Shown here: in pieces, positions 30,256-40,660 of the stretch
Numbering within the stretch: position 1 is the first letter of the stretch
Layout: the number at the start of each line of letters is the position of its first letter
DNA from: Candidatus Obscuribacterales bacterium
GTDB lineage: Bacteria; Cyanobacteriota; Vampirovibrionia; Obscuribacterales; Obscuribacteraceae
Reading direction: 5' to 3'
Length of the DNA stretch: 64,000 nucleotides
Assembly: GCA_965228855.1 (NCBI GenBank)
Contig: CBDDIJ010000003.1
Span: 2,912,001-2,976,000, forward strand
Program-made: the position numbers and the translations under genes
The notes under the pieces: model-generated
Told to the model about the DNA's origin: nothing
What the model saw: only the letters and a program-made list of their open reading frames with translations
Database searches by the model: none

Positions 30256-31101
30256 ATGCAAGACGAATTCCACCTTGAACTTACTCAGGAAGAAGGTTTT
30301 CTACTTCTGACTGGGGCGAGATTATTCGACAAACTCGTCGCTGGAGTGACCATTCACTCACAGGAAAAGGATGAGTTGATACGCGAAGTTATTAGCAAGT
30401 TGTCGGAAATCATAAGTCCTCAAATGGAGGCAATGTCGAATGAGCTTGCTGACGCGATCGTCGATTCGGTTCTCGGATGCGATGAATTAGATGATGGAGA
30501 GCTGGAGGAACTGGAACTAGCGTGTCTGGAGTCAGACCTCGAAGATATGCTCATCGATGAGTTCTTCAACAATCCACCTCCGCGCCAATTATCCATTGAA
30601 GGTTTAACCGAGCGACTGGATGACTCGGAACTCGAAGAAGATTACTCTCACTACCCACATTCGAACTCGAAGAACTCGCGTTCTAAGAAGTCCGCCAACA
30701 CTCCTCCCTTCTATTTAGAGGAAGAGGAAGAGGTGTACGTTGCGGATCGAGCGATGGTTCGAAAATTCGAACGTTTTCTTGCGGACCAAACCTTTGCATA
30801 TCCTATGTATGCGATTGAAGAGAAACTTCCGATACTAGAAAAATCGCTGGTCAAGCACAATACGACTCAAATAAACTATTACTGCATCGAACGAGAAACC
30901 GTCGACCAGGTCACAATTGACCCACTGGTTCTCCTTCAGGAAGAGGGCATCTGGTTAGTGGTGGCGTACTGCCACGAGCGCGACGACATCCTGATTTTCA
31001 GAGCGGACAGAATGAAAGACGTGCAAGAAACTGCCACCCAATTCCAAACGCCAAAAGACATCAACGAATTGCGCTGCCAGTTACTCGCATCCTACAAATA
31101 A
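30256..31101 (+). CDS. WYL domain protein with acidic N-terminus
   Basis: C-terminal INYY...IDPLVL...WLVVAYCHERDDILIFRADRM is a WYL-type signature. Confidence 0.75.
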   Translation: MQDEFHLELTQEEGFLLLTGARLFDKLVAGVTIHSQEKDELIREVISKLSEIISPQMEAMSNELADAIVDSVLGCDELDDGELEELELACLESDLEDMLIDEFFNNPPPRQLSIEGLTERLDDSELEEDYSHYPHSNSKNSRSKKSANTPPFYLEEEEEVYVADRAMVRKFERFLADQTFAYPMYAIEEKLPILEKSLVKHNTTQINYYCIERETVDQVTIDPLVLLQEEGIWLVVAYCHERDDILIFRADRMKDVQETATQFQTPKDINELRCQLLASYK

Positions 31102-31109
31102 CTCTCCCG

Positions 31110-33257
31110 TCAATGACTCTGCTGCAGATGAGACGGGGACAGCCAGCGAGCTAGGACAGTCGCGAGGCGAGCAGGCGTAATTGGTTTGGTAATGTAATCA
31201 TCCATGCCGGCATCCAGACATCTTTCTCGGTCACCGTCAATAGCTTGGGCAGTGAGTGCAATAATTGGAATTCTCATGTTGTCGGATTCAGCTCCGCGAA
31301 TCTGGCGAGTGGCCTCGAAGCCGTCCATTACAGGCATCTGGCAATCCATTAAAACAAGATCGTAGTTATTCTTTCGAACCGCCTCTACAGCCTCCTGCCC
31401 GTTGCAGACGGCTTCCGCGCGCAGTCCTAGATGTTGCATAACGAGCAATGTAACTTTTCGATTGAGCGGACTGTCGTCAGCGACGAGAACAACTCCCTGT
31501 CCTTGAGATATAGTGGAAAAATTTCGATTGGCTGAAGGTGACTGCCAATCACCATTTTTCCATGCACCATGCTCCCAATCCCCTTTGACACCGGTGGCGT
31601 CGGAAGTCGGATCGACTATCACCGCATCCGGTGAATGTTGGAGTGAGATGGTGAACCAGAAAAGCGAGCCACTACCCTCGGTGCTTCGCACGCCGATTTC
31701 GCCGCCCATCAGCTGCACGAGCTCCCGGCAGATGGAAAGTCCCAGACCGGTTCCGCCAAATCTACGAGTGATGGACCCATCAGCTTGCATGAAGGGCTCG
31801 AATAGTTTCTCTGCGGTCCCTTCAGCCAGACCAATTCCAGTGTCGGTGACTGTAAACTGCAACTCGCAGCGTCCGTGCTCCATGAGCTGAGAATTTATGT
31901 GCAGCTCGATTCGGCCGTCAGTCGTAAATTTGATGGAATTTCCGACCAGGTTGAGCAAAATTTGTTTGATCCTGGCGGCATCTCCTCTGAGGGGAACAGG
32001 CAAATGTCCGCTGATCGCAGTTGATAAAACGAGATGTTTTTCGTCTGCTTTTGCCCCCAAAACATTGCGAACAGAATCGACAACCGAGCGCAAATCGAAC
32101 TCTTCGTCCGCCAGTTCGGCGCGTCCAGCCTCAATCTTAGAGAAATCCAGAATATCCTGAACAATCTCCAGGAGCGCCTTAGAAGACGACTTGATGATGT
32201 CAGCAAATTCGAGCTGATCGGAGCTGAGGTTTGTCTTCAGAAGCAATTCGGTGATCGCTACGACACTGTTTAACGGTGTTCTTATTTCATGACTCATGTT
32301 AGCAAGGAAGCTCGATTTCGCCTTTGACGCTTCCATCGCCTGATCTCGAGCCAGCATCAATTCATCAGAGAGTTCCTTCAGCTGCCGGTTTCTGTCCTCA
32401 AGCTCTCGGGTGCGCTCAAGTACGCGACCTTCAAGCATTGAATTGGCCGCTTGCAATTTCTCGTGCGCAATCTCCAATTGCTCATGCGCACGAGTTAGCT
32501 CTAGCTCTGCCTGTTTCCGCTCCGTTATGTCTTCGTAAGTTCCGAGCGTTCCAATCACATTCCCTTCGTAATCGTGTAGTGGCACCTTTGTTGTGTCGAG
32601 CCAGGCTTGTTTCCCATCGGCGTTTAGCTTCGGCTCGATTATGTGCTGGGTCGTGTTCGTCTCCATGACCTTACGATCCCACTCCACGAACCAATCGGAT
32701 TCTTCTGGCTTCCAGGGACAATCGTAATCGGTTTTACCAAGCATCTCCGAAGGATGGCTAAAACCAGCATCCTCAGCTAATTTCATGTTACAGCCGAGAA
32801 ATCGAGAGTCTCGGTCTTTCCACCAGATGCTGATCGGGAGAGTATCGATAATCAGTTGGAACATGTCCTGCAATCGCCTTGCACCAACCGGTGTCTCACC
32901 GTCAAGCGGACAGGCGAAGGGGCTGTTGTTTCGGCGTCTTTCGTCGGCAAGTTGGGCTCGAAGCGAGGTAAGTTCTGCGATGAGTTCGTCCTTTGACTTC
33001 TCGCTATCCGCCTTGTTCGCGCCGTTGCCATTCTTTTCGAGGTTCGTGGAAATGCCGCGGTCCTTCTTGCTGAGATCCGCTCTGATTCCAGTTTGAGATT
33101 TTGACCTGGTGGTTCCAGAATTCAGCTTCGCATTGGTCGAGCCTGATTGCTGTTTAGCCCTGGAATTTTCAGTCTGCAGAGTTGCCTCCGAGCGTACACC
33201 GGAGGATTCTTCAGCGCTGCGTTCCAGCGCTTTGAGAATATGCTCTTGTTGGTCCAT
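31110..33257 (-). CDS. cytoplasmic hybrid kinase PAS-HisKA-HATPase-REC
   Basis: PAS WWKDRDSRFLGCN...GTYEDITERK; FLANMSHEIRTPLN; DTGIG; GGTGLGL; LMDCQMPVMDG. Confidence 0.92.
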   Translation of the reverse strand: MDQQEHILKALERSAEESSGVRSEATLQTENSRAKQQSGSTNAKLNSGTTRSKSQTGIRADLSKKDRGISTNLEKNGNGANKADSEKSKDELIAELTSLRAQLADERRRNNSPFACPLDGETPVGARRLQDMFQLIIDTLPISIWWKDRDSRFLGCNMKLAEDAGFSHPSEMLGKTDYDCPWKPEESDWFVEWDRKVMETNTTQHIIEPKLNADGKQAWLDTTKVPLHDYEGNVIGTLGTYEDITERKQAELELTRAHEQLEIAHEKLQAANSMLEGRVLERTRELEDRNRQLKELSDELMLARDQAMEASKAKSSFLANMSHEIRTPLNSVVAITELLLKTNLSSDQLEFADIIKSSSKALLEIVQDILDFSKIEAGRAELADEEFDLRSVVDSVRNVLGAKADEKHLVLSTAISGHLPVPLRGDAARIKQILLNLVGNSIKFTTDGRIELHINSQLMEHGRCELQFTVTDTGIGLAEGTAEKLFEPFMQADGSITRRFGGTGLGLSICRELVQLMGGEIGVRSTEGSGSLFWFTISLQHSPDAVIVDPTSDATGVKGDWEHGAWKNGDWQSPSANRNFSTISQGQGVVLVADDSPLNRKVTLLVMQHLGLRAEAVCNGQEAVEAVRKNNYDLVLMDCQMPVMDGFEATRQIRGAESDNMRIPIIALTAQAIDGDRERCLDAGMDDYITKPITPARLATVLARWLSPSHLQQSH

Positions 33258-33531
33258 TTTCTTTCCGTGTTTAGAATCTGAATAGGCTTCGATTCTTGAA
33301 CCTTTGCAAACAGCGAGTGTACCCAGAATATGCCCAGAACATCAGACTTCGAAGCGGGTCCGAGGCGTGGCGCTTTACTGAGAGATGTGCCAAATGCAAG
33401 ATGTGACGCTGTGCTGCGCGAGGTGTACCTCTTAACCTCCAGGTGTGGCGCTAGGGGCTCGATGCAATGCAGACAAGACCCGGGCTTGCTGCTAAAATCC
33501 CTGAGTGTTCAAGTAAAGGAAGTAGTTGGCA

Positions 33532-34035
33532 ATGGTTCAGAAGGTAGGCATAGGCAGCGACCACGCGGGCTTCGAAGCAAAAGAAGCAATCAAGAAATTT
33601 CTGACTGATGAGAACATAGAATTCGTGGATTACGGCACATTCTCCAAGGACTCTTGCGATTATCCCGACTACGCTCGCAAAGTAGCAGAAGCTGTATCAA
33701 CCGGAGAATGTGAGCGCGGCATCCTTTGCTGTGGCTCCGGCATCGGAGTTTCGATTGTCGCCAATAAAGTGCGGAAAGTGCGGGCAGCGCTTTGTCACGA
33801 CGTAGAATCCGCAAAACTCTCAAGACAGCACAATGACTCTAACGTCATTTGCTTCTCAGCAAGAACGACCCCTCCCGACGAAATCGAGAGTATGCTCAAG
33901 GCATGGTTCACGACGGCGTTCGAAGGCGGCAGACACAAGACGCGCGTCGAAAAAATCGAAAAACCTCGCGCCGGCGAAGAAGCCAAAGCCGGTGCCCATG
34001 AGGGCGAGACGCAGAGCTGGTATTCAATTCACTAA
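33532..34035 (+). CDS. rpiB: ribose-5-phosphate isomerase B
   Basis: GSDHAG, DYPD, CGSGIG, RQHNDSN and FEGGRH motifs. Confidence 0.95.
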   Translation: MVQKVGIGSDHAGFEAKEAIKKFLTDENIEFVDYGTFSKDSCDYPDYARKVAEAVSTGECERGILCCGSGIGVSIVANKVRKVRAALCHDVESAKLSRQHNDSNVICFSARTTPPDEIESMLKAWFTTAFEGGRHKTRVEKIEKPRAGEEAKAGAHEGETQSWYSIH

Positions 34036-34151
34036 CCCGAAGGCGAAGCGCTGTCTCGGTATTTAATTCGCTGGCTGCGAAAACGATGCGCAGAGGCGGT
34101 GTTTAATTAGTTCCGAATGCGAAACGCGAGCAGATGTTCAAATCAGTAAAA

Positions 34152-34655
34152 TCAGTAGGTCCGGCGATACCTGCCGGAAAGGACTGGCTTGCGAGAGTGG
34201 GTTCTATAAGTCTCCTCTCGGCGCCAAACCGCAAAAGATTCCTGCACCAGATTTCCGTCACTATCGAATGCAGGGCCCAGTAAAGTCGAAGGCGGCTGCT
34301 TCTTCAGCCACTCATATTCGAACCGGCTGAGACACTCGACGAAACCGGGCACTTTTAGAGCCTCTTCTATGCTCACACATCGTCGGTTGCTGCGGCCACG
34401 TTCCAATACCACGGCGATGCAAGCGGTTCTCCTGGTGGCGCCACTGGTATCAATGACTCTTTTCTCCACGTTGTACGAATTGCCGACCAGAATATAGTTT
34501 CGCCCGGGCCACGCTTGGTTGGTTTTGAAAGACTTCAAACTATCGCGCGTGTAGAGCAGTTCCTCGGGACTTTTACGGATGGAAACTTGCTCGTCAGTAC
34601 TGAGCGCTTCCTTCATGTTGCCGATCAGTTTCTCAATCTCACGCGTTTTGGTCAT
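34152..34655 (-). CDS. hypothetical protein
   Basis: ATG 34655 after a GGAGGGG RBS; no motif recognised. Confidence 0.55.
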   Translation of the reverse strand: MTKTREIEKLIGNMKEALSTDEQVSIRKSPEELLYTRDSLKSFKTNQAWPGRNYILVGNSYNVEKRVIDTSGATRRTACIAVVLERGRSNRRCVSIEEALKVPGFVECLSRFEYEWLKKQPPSTLLGPAFDSDGNLVQESFAVWRREETYRTHSRKPVLSGRYRRTY

Positions 34656-34885
34656 GACAAAATCCCCTCCCGAACAGGAGTAAAAAAACAGCTTCATTTC
34701 TCTCCTATTTTTCTTCCACTGCACATGATTCGATAAACCCATCGCTAACTTGCGGAAGCAAGCTGTTACAAGCACAGAAATTGAGATTGTGGGATACAAC
34801 GAAACGGCAGTCACAATGCGCTCACGTTGGCAGAGTAAGTTTTATTAGCTGTTCCAAATCCTTACCAAAGATATCATCAAGCCTG

Positions 34886-36655
34886 ATGGCGAATAGAGAA
34901 GTTTCTGATACCACCAGTGGGAGCAGTGCTGAACGCACATCCAGCGGTGCTGCCGGTCTGACCGACCGCCCGGAACAGGGCGACAAATTGAGCGACCTCA
35001 ACCAGGTTGAATCGTCGAAGGAACTTAGCCTGACAGGCGAACGCCCGGAAGAAAACCTCAACATCATTAAGAACCTGAACAATAAGTCAGCGACAACGAT
35101 GCCCAGAGAATTCGCGGGCAGCGATTTCACCTTGATTGATGGAGCGGATGAGCGGCAAAATGCCAAAACAGGTGATACTCCGGCGCCTAACCAGGAAGAG
35201 CATGATGTCGCTCGCGGTGACAAGCGCACCGGCAAACCATTCGACCAGAGTGCGATTGCCGCCACCACTCGCGATACTACGCTCGACAAGTCAATCGAAC
35301 GAACAAAAATTGGTGATACCGAATTTGCTGTCACAAGATCCGTAGACGGCAAACCGACAGAGTTCACAGACCGAAGCGGGACCTGGAGAGCACAGAACGA
35401 TGGAGAAACCTTCGTCAACACAGGCGATAAGGACCAACCGCGCTTTATGCGTGGAACTCCGACTATCGACGCTGAAGGCAATTTCAGTTTTAAAAACTCA
35501 GACTTCGGAACTACTCAAACCCATTTTAGAAACGGACACTCTCGCACGGAAATCGAAAGCTCAGACGGTCGGAGAATCTCGTTAGAAAGAAACTCTAATG
35601 GTATAGCCACTCGCATCGAAGATCGAACCGGCACTTGGACCAGTAACGACGGGAAGAACTGGCGTAACGAGACCGGAGCAACAAAAAACGGTTCTCCGTC
35701 CATAGACGCCAACGGTGAATACACTTTCAGAGATCGAAGCGGCAAGACTGAAAAGACAGAATCGAAAGAGCTAAGTGAGGCTAAAAAACTTCAAGAAGAA
35801 ATCAGTCGAAAGTATGGTGTCGAAATTTCTAAGCCGGGTGAGAAACTAGAGGAAGGCGCGACCGTTCAGCCATCGGCAAGAGAACTGCGAGCCCTCGATG
35901 ACACTTTGGATCGGTCAAAACAAATGGATATGTTGAGCGGTAAAGACGGAGACAAAGACCGCAAGCCATTGAAAATTTCATTTTTCGGTCCGGATGCTAA
36001 AGGTACCCACGGCGAAGGTTTCGGGGTATACGCAGATGACGCTCTCGGCATCTTCCAGAACTCACGCATAAATCCCGAGGGCTGGCTCGGACTTAAAGGA
36101 GTGGGACTGCATGAGTTGGTGCATCACGAGCAAAGCAAAATGAGTTCCGACGACTGGCGCGGAAAAAATCCGGGTCCGGAAATCGAACAACTCAGAGAAG
36201 CATTTGGATGGAAATATCATCAAAAGTTTGGTCCCGTGATGTTGGACAAGGACGGTGGCATGTGGAGCCCCACGTCACGCGGCAACCACGATCATGAAGG
36301 TGGACCGTCAACTAGCTGGGTCTGGGTTGACGGTACGAAACTTCAGAAAGGCGATAAGCACACCATCAATGGTTCGGAAATGTCCGAACGAGCCAGGGTT
36401 AAGCAGGCAAGCGAATATAATTCCAGTCCCTACGAAAGTCACGCTGAGGCAGCATCGTTGCTTCGTCACGATCCGGGCGAGCTAGCTAAACGCGCGCCGG
36501 AAGTGTACAGAGCAGTTCGCGATTGGGATCAAACGAAAATCAACAAGGTCTTTGGTGAAGGTAAAATGATAAGAGGTATCAATGGCAAAATCGTTCAGGA
36601 TAATGCCGAAAACCGCCAGGCCCGCCAGGAGATGGAGAGACGATTCGGCATCTAA
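34886..36655 (+). CDS. hypothetical protein with internal beta-rich repeats and C-terminal zincin metallopeptidase
   Basis: HELVH (HExxH), a downstream YESHAEA, and two DRxGTW..NDG..G.P.IDA.G repeats. Confidence 0.7.
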   Translation: MANREVSDTTSGSSAERTSSGAAGLTDRPEQGDKLSDLNQVESSKELSLTGERPEENLNIIKNLNNKSATTMPREFAGSDFTLIDGADERQNAKTGDTPAPNQEEHDVARGDKRTGKPFDQSAIAATTRDTTLDKSIERTKIGDTEFAVTRSVDGKPTEFTDRSGTWRAQNDGETFVNTGDKDQPRFMRGTPTIDAEGNFSFKNSDFGTTQTHFRNGHSRTEIESSDGRRISLERNSNGIATRIEDRTGTWTSNDGKNWRNETGATKNGSPSIDANGEYTFRDRSGKTEKTESKELSEAKKLQEEISRKYGVEISKPGEKLEEGATVQPSARELRALDDTLDRSKQMDMLSGKDGDKDRKPLKISFFGPDAKGTHGEGFGVYADDALGIFQNSRINPEGWLGLKGVGLHELVHHEQSKMSSDDWRGKNPGPEIEQLREAFGWKYHQKFGPVMLDKDGGMWSPTSRGNHDHEGGPSTSWVWVDGTKLQKGDKHTINGSEMSERARVKQASEYNSSPYESHAEAASLLRHDPGELAKRAPEVYRAVRDWDQTKINKVFGEGKMIRGINGKIVQDNAENRQARQEMERRFGI

Positions 36656-36746
36656 ATGCAATTTTCCAGGCCGCACTGTATAGTATGAATTCGCAAAGCG
36701 ATCAAAAGTCTTAGACGCGTGGGTTGCGAATATACAGACAAACGCC

Positions 36747-37916
36747 GTGAGATATTTAGTAACTCCTTCAGCCTACAAAGGTTCGTTCTCGCCAACGCAG
36801 ATAGCGAACGCCATTAGTGACGGTATCAAACGTTTTAACCCAGACAGTGAATTGGTTTTAGCGCCGATTGCAGATGGTGGCGATGGCACGATCGAAGCAC
36901 TGAGGGTCGGCACAGGCGGGGTTGTTCAAACTATCAATGTTCAAGGTCCGACAGGACAAGAAGTCACGGCTCAGTGGCTCGAGGTTGAGCACTCACCTGA
37001 CACTGATGAAGATTTTTCATTCGTTCATCCTGACGATCGGAAATCAAAACCGCTTGCAGTTGCAGAACTCGCCTCAGCTTGCGGACTGGCTTACATAGCG
37101 CCTGATGACCTGGCTCCACTGGACTCAACTACTGTCGGCGCCGGAGAAGTTTTGAAACATCTGATCGCAGCGGGACATCGCAACATCGTTCTCGCAGTAG
37201 GAGGTAGTGCCTCTACGGATGGTGGCACAGGCATTTTGCATGCACTGGGAGCTCGCTTCTTCGACACGGAAGGGAACGCCGTGCCTCCCGGTGGAAGAAG
37301 CTTACTCAACATAAAATCCGTAGACCTCTCCGCGCTCGAAGTTTGGAAACGTGGACTTCGCCTGCGGGTTGCAACCGATGTCATAAACCCGCTGCTCGGA
37401 GCGGATGGCGCAGCAGCAATCTTTGCGCCACAGAAGGGAGCATCACCTGCGGATGTGGATCTTCTGGAAAACGGCCTTCGCAACCTTGCCGACATCCTTG
37501 AATCGCACACGGGGAAATTGGCTCGCGATTTGACTGGGGCTGGTGCCGCCGGCGGTGTGCCGTTTGGACTGGCTGTAGCACTTGATGCCGAGATTATTCC
37601 CGGGTTTCGATGGATAGCAAGCCTGCTCGACCTCGACGCGAAAGTGCAAAACGCTGACGTGGTTATCAGTGCCGAGGGCAGCCTGGATAGTCAATCAGTC
37701 AGTGGCAAGGCAACTGGAGAACTTGCACAGATGTGCAAGGAGAGGAACAAGCCTCTCTGGGTGGTTCCAGCAATCATGCAACCTAATATCTACTGGCCGA
37801 CTTTCGGCATCGCGAAAGTAAAGGCAAGCGCTCACGATGGAAATCTAGCGACAATCGAAGACGTCGCTGATGCAGCTTACCAACTTTGCTTAGAGCTATC
37901 GAATGAGGTTACTTAG
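36747..37916 (+). CDS. glxK: glycerate kinase (GlxK/GarK family)
   Basis: YKGS, PIADGGDGT, GGSASTDGG, FAPQKGA, GAGAAGG and EGSLDSQSVSGK motifs. Confidence 0.9.
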   Translation: MRYLVTPSAYKGSFSPTQIANAISDGIKRFNPDSELVLAPIADGGDGTIEALRVGTGGVVQTINVQGPTGQEVTAQWLEVEHSPDTDEDFSFVHPDDRKSKPLAVAELASACGLAYIAPDDLAPLDSTTVGAGEVLKHLIAAGHRNIVLAVGGSASTDGGTGILHALGARFFDTEGNAVPPGGRSLLNIKSVDLSALEVWKRGLRLRVATDVINPLLGADGAAAIFAPQKGASPADVDLLENGLRNLADILESHTGKLARDLTGAGAAGGVPFGLAVALDAEIIPGFRWIASLLDLDAKVQNADVVISAEGSLDSQSVSGKATGELAQMCKERNKPLWVVPAIMQPNIYWPTFGIAKVKASAHDGNLATIEDVADAAYQLCLELSNEVT

Positions 37917-40437
37917 TCGGCTTGCCGAACACAGCTTTGAGGTTAGAGAAAACACCACCAGCTACGACCGGGCTCTTGCCAGCCATCGAATTAGCCGTTG
38001 CCGCAGCATCATTTGCCGTCGCCACATTGTGAGTCATAGAACCAGCATCAATTGCCGTTTGAGGTGTCGCGGCGTAAGCGGCTCCAGGACCGGCTTCGAT
38101 TGGCGTCGAGTTCGCTGGAACTACCGGCAGTCCCTTGGTTTGCGCAATCGGTTGTTCGAAAGCTGCCGAAGAATTTGCATTCATCTGTCCAAGAGTTTGA
38201 GAATCCGGATAGCTTGATATAGATTCCGGAGCGATTTGTTGAGGAGCAAAGTGCTCGGCTCCAGCAGCACTATATTCGGTGCCCTGCATACTCTTAATAG
38301 GTTCAGCATTCATAGCCCCGCTCATATCAGCCGAAACCGGTTGAGCCGCTTGAGCCGATGGAGCAGCCATAGCGCTCGGGTCAACGGACGGAGCCGCTGG
38401 AGCAATCGAGCTGGAAGCTACCGAACCAGCGGCCGAACCGCCGGTAGGAATTTGCAACTGCTGACCGGGATGAATCAAGCTCGGGTTAGCGCCGATCACA
38501 TCTTTGTTCAGATTGTAGATATCACCCCAGTTTTTGCCTTCGCCGAGCATATCGTGCGAGATGTCCCAGAGGTTGTCACCTGGTTTAACCGTGTAGTTGG
38601 TCAATGAAGTCGTACCAGCGTTGGCGATTTCAGAACCGCCGCCCGGCAGTTGAAGTGTGGTACCTGGATAAATTAAGTCAGGATTTTGACCGATCAGGTT
38701 CTGGTTCAACTGATAGATCTCTTGCCACTTGGTTCCGCCGCCAAGCTGATCTTTAGCGATGTTCCAGAGACTGTCACCTTTTTGAACTACATACTGAGTC
38801 GCTGCCGTCGAATCGGTAGCGGCGATTTGCGTGCCATCAGCGATGGTGCCGTCTTGACCGACCGCATTCGGATCGACTTGCTCAGACTGTTGAGCAACCG
38901 CTTCGTTTTTAGGCGCTGAGTGCTTCGGAGCTTCAGCGACATGCTTGGCTTCAACATGTTTCGGAGCTGCATGTTTCGCGGCTTCATGAGAAACTTTCGG
39001 AGCTGCATCTCCAGCCGGTTTATTAGCACCAAGATTTGAAACCTTTTGCGAGGATGCGCTCGCCAGTTTTCCGCTTGCACCGTGGGCGGTGTTGGTAGCG
39101 GCCGACTTAGGTGCATCGAGCGAATCGAGGCTGAGCTGTTTAGCCTTCAGACCTGTAACATCACCACCGGACATTGATGCTTGACGGAATTGACTGGAAT
39201 CGGCGCCGCTCAAAGTTGGTTTGAAAGATTGAGTGGGCTGATCCATCGCGATCAGATTATCGTTATTGCCGACATAACCGGACGGTCCGTAGGTTGCTCC
39301 CGATGCGTCGGTATTGGGCATCGAGTTCATTCCGCCGTAACCGACATCCTGACCCATTCCGCCATTCATGCTGTAGCCGACGTCGTGACCGGCATTCGGT
39401 GCAAAGGAAGTCTTCAAATTGTTAGCCAACTGAGGAGCGCCTTCGAAACGAGCATTATTAAGGAAGCTTCCAGGCTGGCTGTAGGCATGTCCTTGCGACA
39501 TCGGGCTCAAGCCATGTGACATCGAGTTGTTGGCGACAGTGCTAGCACCGGTCGTTCCGAGCGGAGACTTGGTCGCCAGATTCATACTATTAAATGAACC
39601 GCCACCGGCAAGTCTATCGGAGAACAATCTGGTGTTGGTAGCAACGTGATTTGCGGAACCGACGTCTGTGAGGCTCGGACCAGATAGATGACCAGCTGGC
39701 ACGTCAGCAGGGACGGCACCCGCTCCGGCACCGGTTTCATAAACCGCGGTCTGCGGCGTCAGCTCACCACCAACGTTGAGTGAATTGGTTTGCATAGCAT
39801 CGACGCCTGACTTGGCGAGCGTACTATATTGATTGCCGAGCGATAGATTCAGTTTTGCCGAAAGCAGGTCGGACCCGAACATCGGCTGACCGAAGTTGGT
39901 CAAAGACGAAAGAATCGGAGCATTTGCCGGGAGCATGGACATCATGCTGATTGTGGGCATGTGAGCTGCCGTGGAAGAGAAGGCGGCTGCCGCATGCTGG
40001 GCCCACATTGCCGGGCTGAGCAAATCGAACCATGTGGTCGGATTAAAAAATGCTGCGAAGAAGTCGAAAATCGAACTTACGAAGCCCATAGCACCGGGCA
40101 TCTTCAAAATCATCTGAATCAAGGGGGAGATTGGTTCTGCACCGGGAGCAGCTGTGAGAGCGGTCGCTTCGAGCCCACCGGTAGGCGGCATCATCGCCAT
40201 TGCTTCGGTGCCTGCCATCGGCGCCGGAGGTGCAGCGATACCCTGGATATCCAGTCCCGAAAGAGCCTGACTGGCTACGCCGCCATCAGCCGGTTGGAAG
40301 AACTGGTTTGCTCTAGCGAAATCAGCACCCGAAACGTTTGAGAGACTGGCTTGCGAGAGTTCAGGGGACCCCGACAATGCGGAAGAGCCGGCATCTGGTA
40401 CCGAGCTCATTGCGGAATCTGTTGGTCTGAATGTCAT
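37909..40437 (-). CDS. large low-complexity protein with two LysM domains
   Basis: YVVQKGDSLWNIA...NPDLIYPGTTLQLP and YTVKPGDNLWDIS...NPSLIHPGQQLQIP. Confidence 0.85.
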   Translation of the reverse strand: MTFRPTDSAMSSVPDAGSSALSGSPELSQASLSNVSGADFARANQFFQPADGGVASQALSGLDIQGIAAPPAPMAGTEAMAMMPPTGGLEATALTAAPGAEPISPLIQMILKMPGAMGFVSSIFDFFAAFFNPTTWFDLLSPAMWAQHAAAAFSSTAAHMPTISMMSMLPANAPILSSLTNFGQPMFGSDLLSAKLNLSLGNQYSTLAKSGVDAMQTNSLNVGGELTPQTAVYETGAGAGAVPADVPAGHLSGPSLTDVGSANHVATNTRLFSDRLAGGGSFNSMNLATKSPLGTTGASTVANNSMSHGLSPMSQGHAYSQPGSFLNNARFEGAPQLANNLKTSFAPNAGHDVGYSMNGGMGQDVGYGGMNSMPNTDASGATYGPSGYVGNNDNLIAMDQPTQSFKPTLSGADSSQFRQASMSGGDVTGLKAKQLSLDSLDAPKSAATNTAHGASGKLASASSQKVSNLGANKPAGDAAPKVSHEAAKHAAPKHVEAKHVAEAPKHSAPKNEAVAQQSEQVDPNAVGQDGTIADGTQIAATDSTAATQYVVQKGDSLWNIAKDQLGGGTKWQEIYQLNQNLIGQNPDLIYPGTTLQLPGGGSEIANAGTTSLTNYTVKPGDNLWDISHDMLGEGKNWGDIYNLNKDVIGANPSLIHPGQQLQIPTGGSAAGSVASSSIAPAAPSVDPSAMAAPSAQAAQPVSADMSGAMNAEPIKSMQGTEYSAAGAEHFAPQQIAPESISSYPDSQTLGQMNANSSAAFEQPIAQTKGLPVVPANSTPIEAGPGAAYAATPQTAIDAGSMTHNVATANDAAATANSMAGKSPVVAGGVFSNLKAVFGKPTK

Positions 40438-40660
40438 AAAACCGCGTTACCTGCAATTCCTTGAGAATCTGCACTAAATTTAGCCTTTGTGAGGGTTTCC
40501 GCCAATGGTGGAATTCCCACGGCGACCTTGTTTATATGGGACAAACACGCCCTTGAAAACCACCAGATTGGCAGTTCGGTTATTTTGTTTTTTAGAGTCG
40601 CAACTTTACCAACCTGTTACCATGAACGGCGTAGTTCACCGTAATCGAGAGAGGCAGCCA

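Noticed and set aside
30134..31101. Retron-like ncRNA (inverted repeats enclosing hairpins)
   Set aside because: No reverse transcriptase is encoded in the window.
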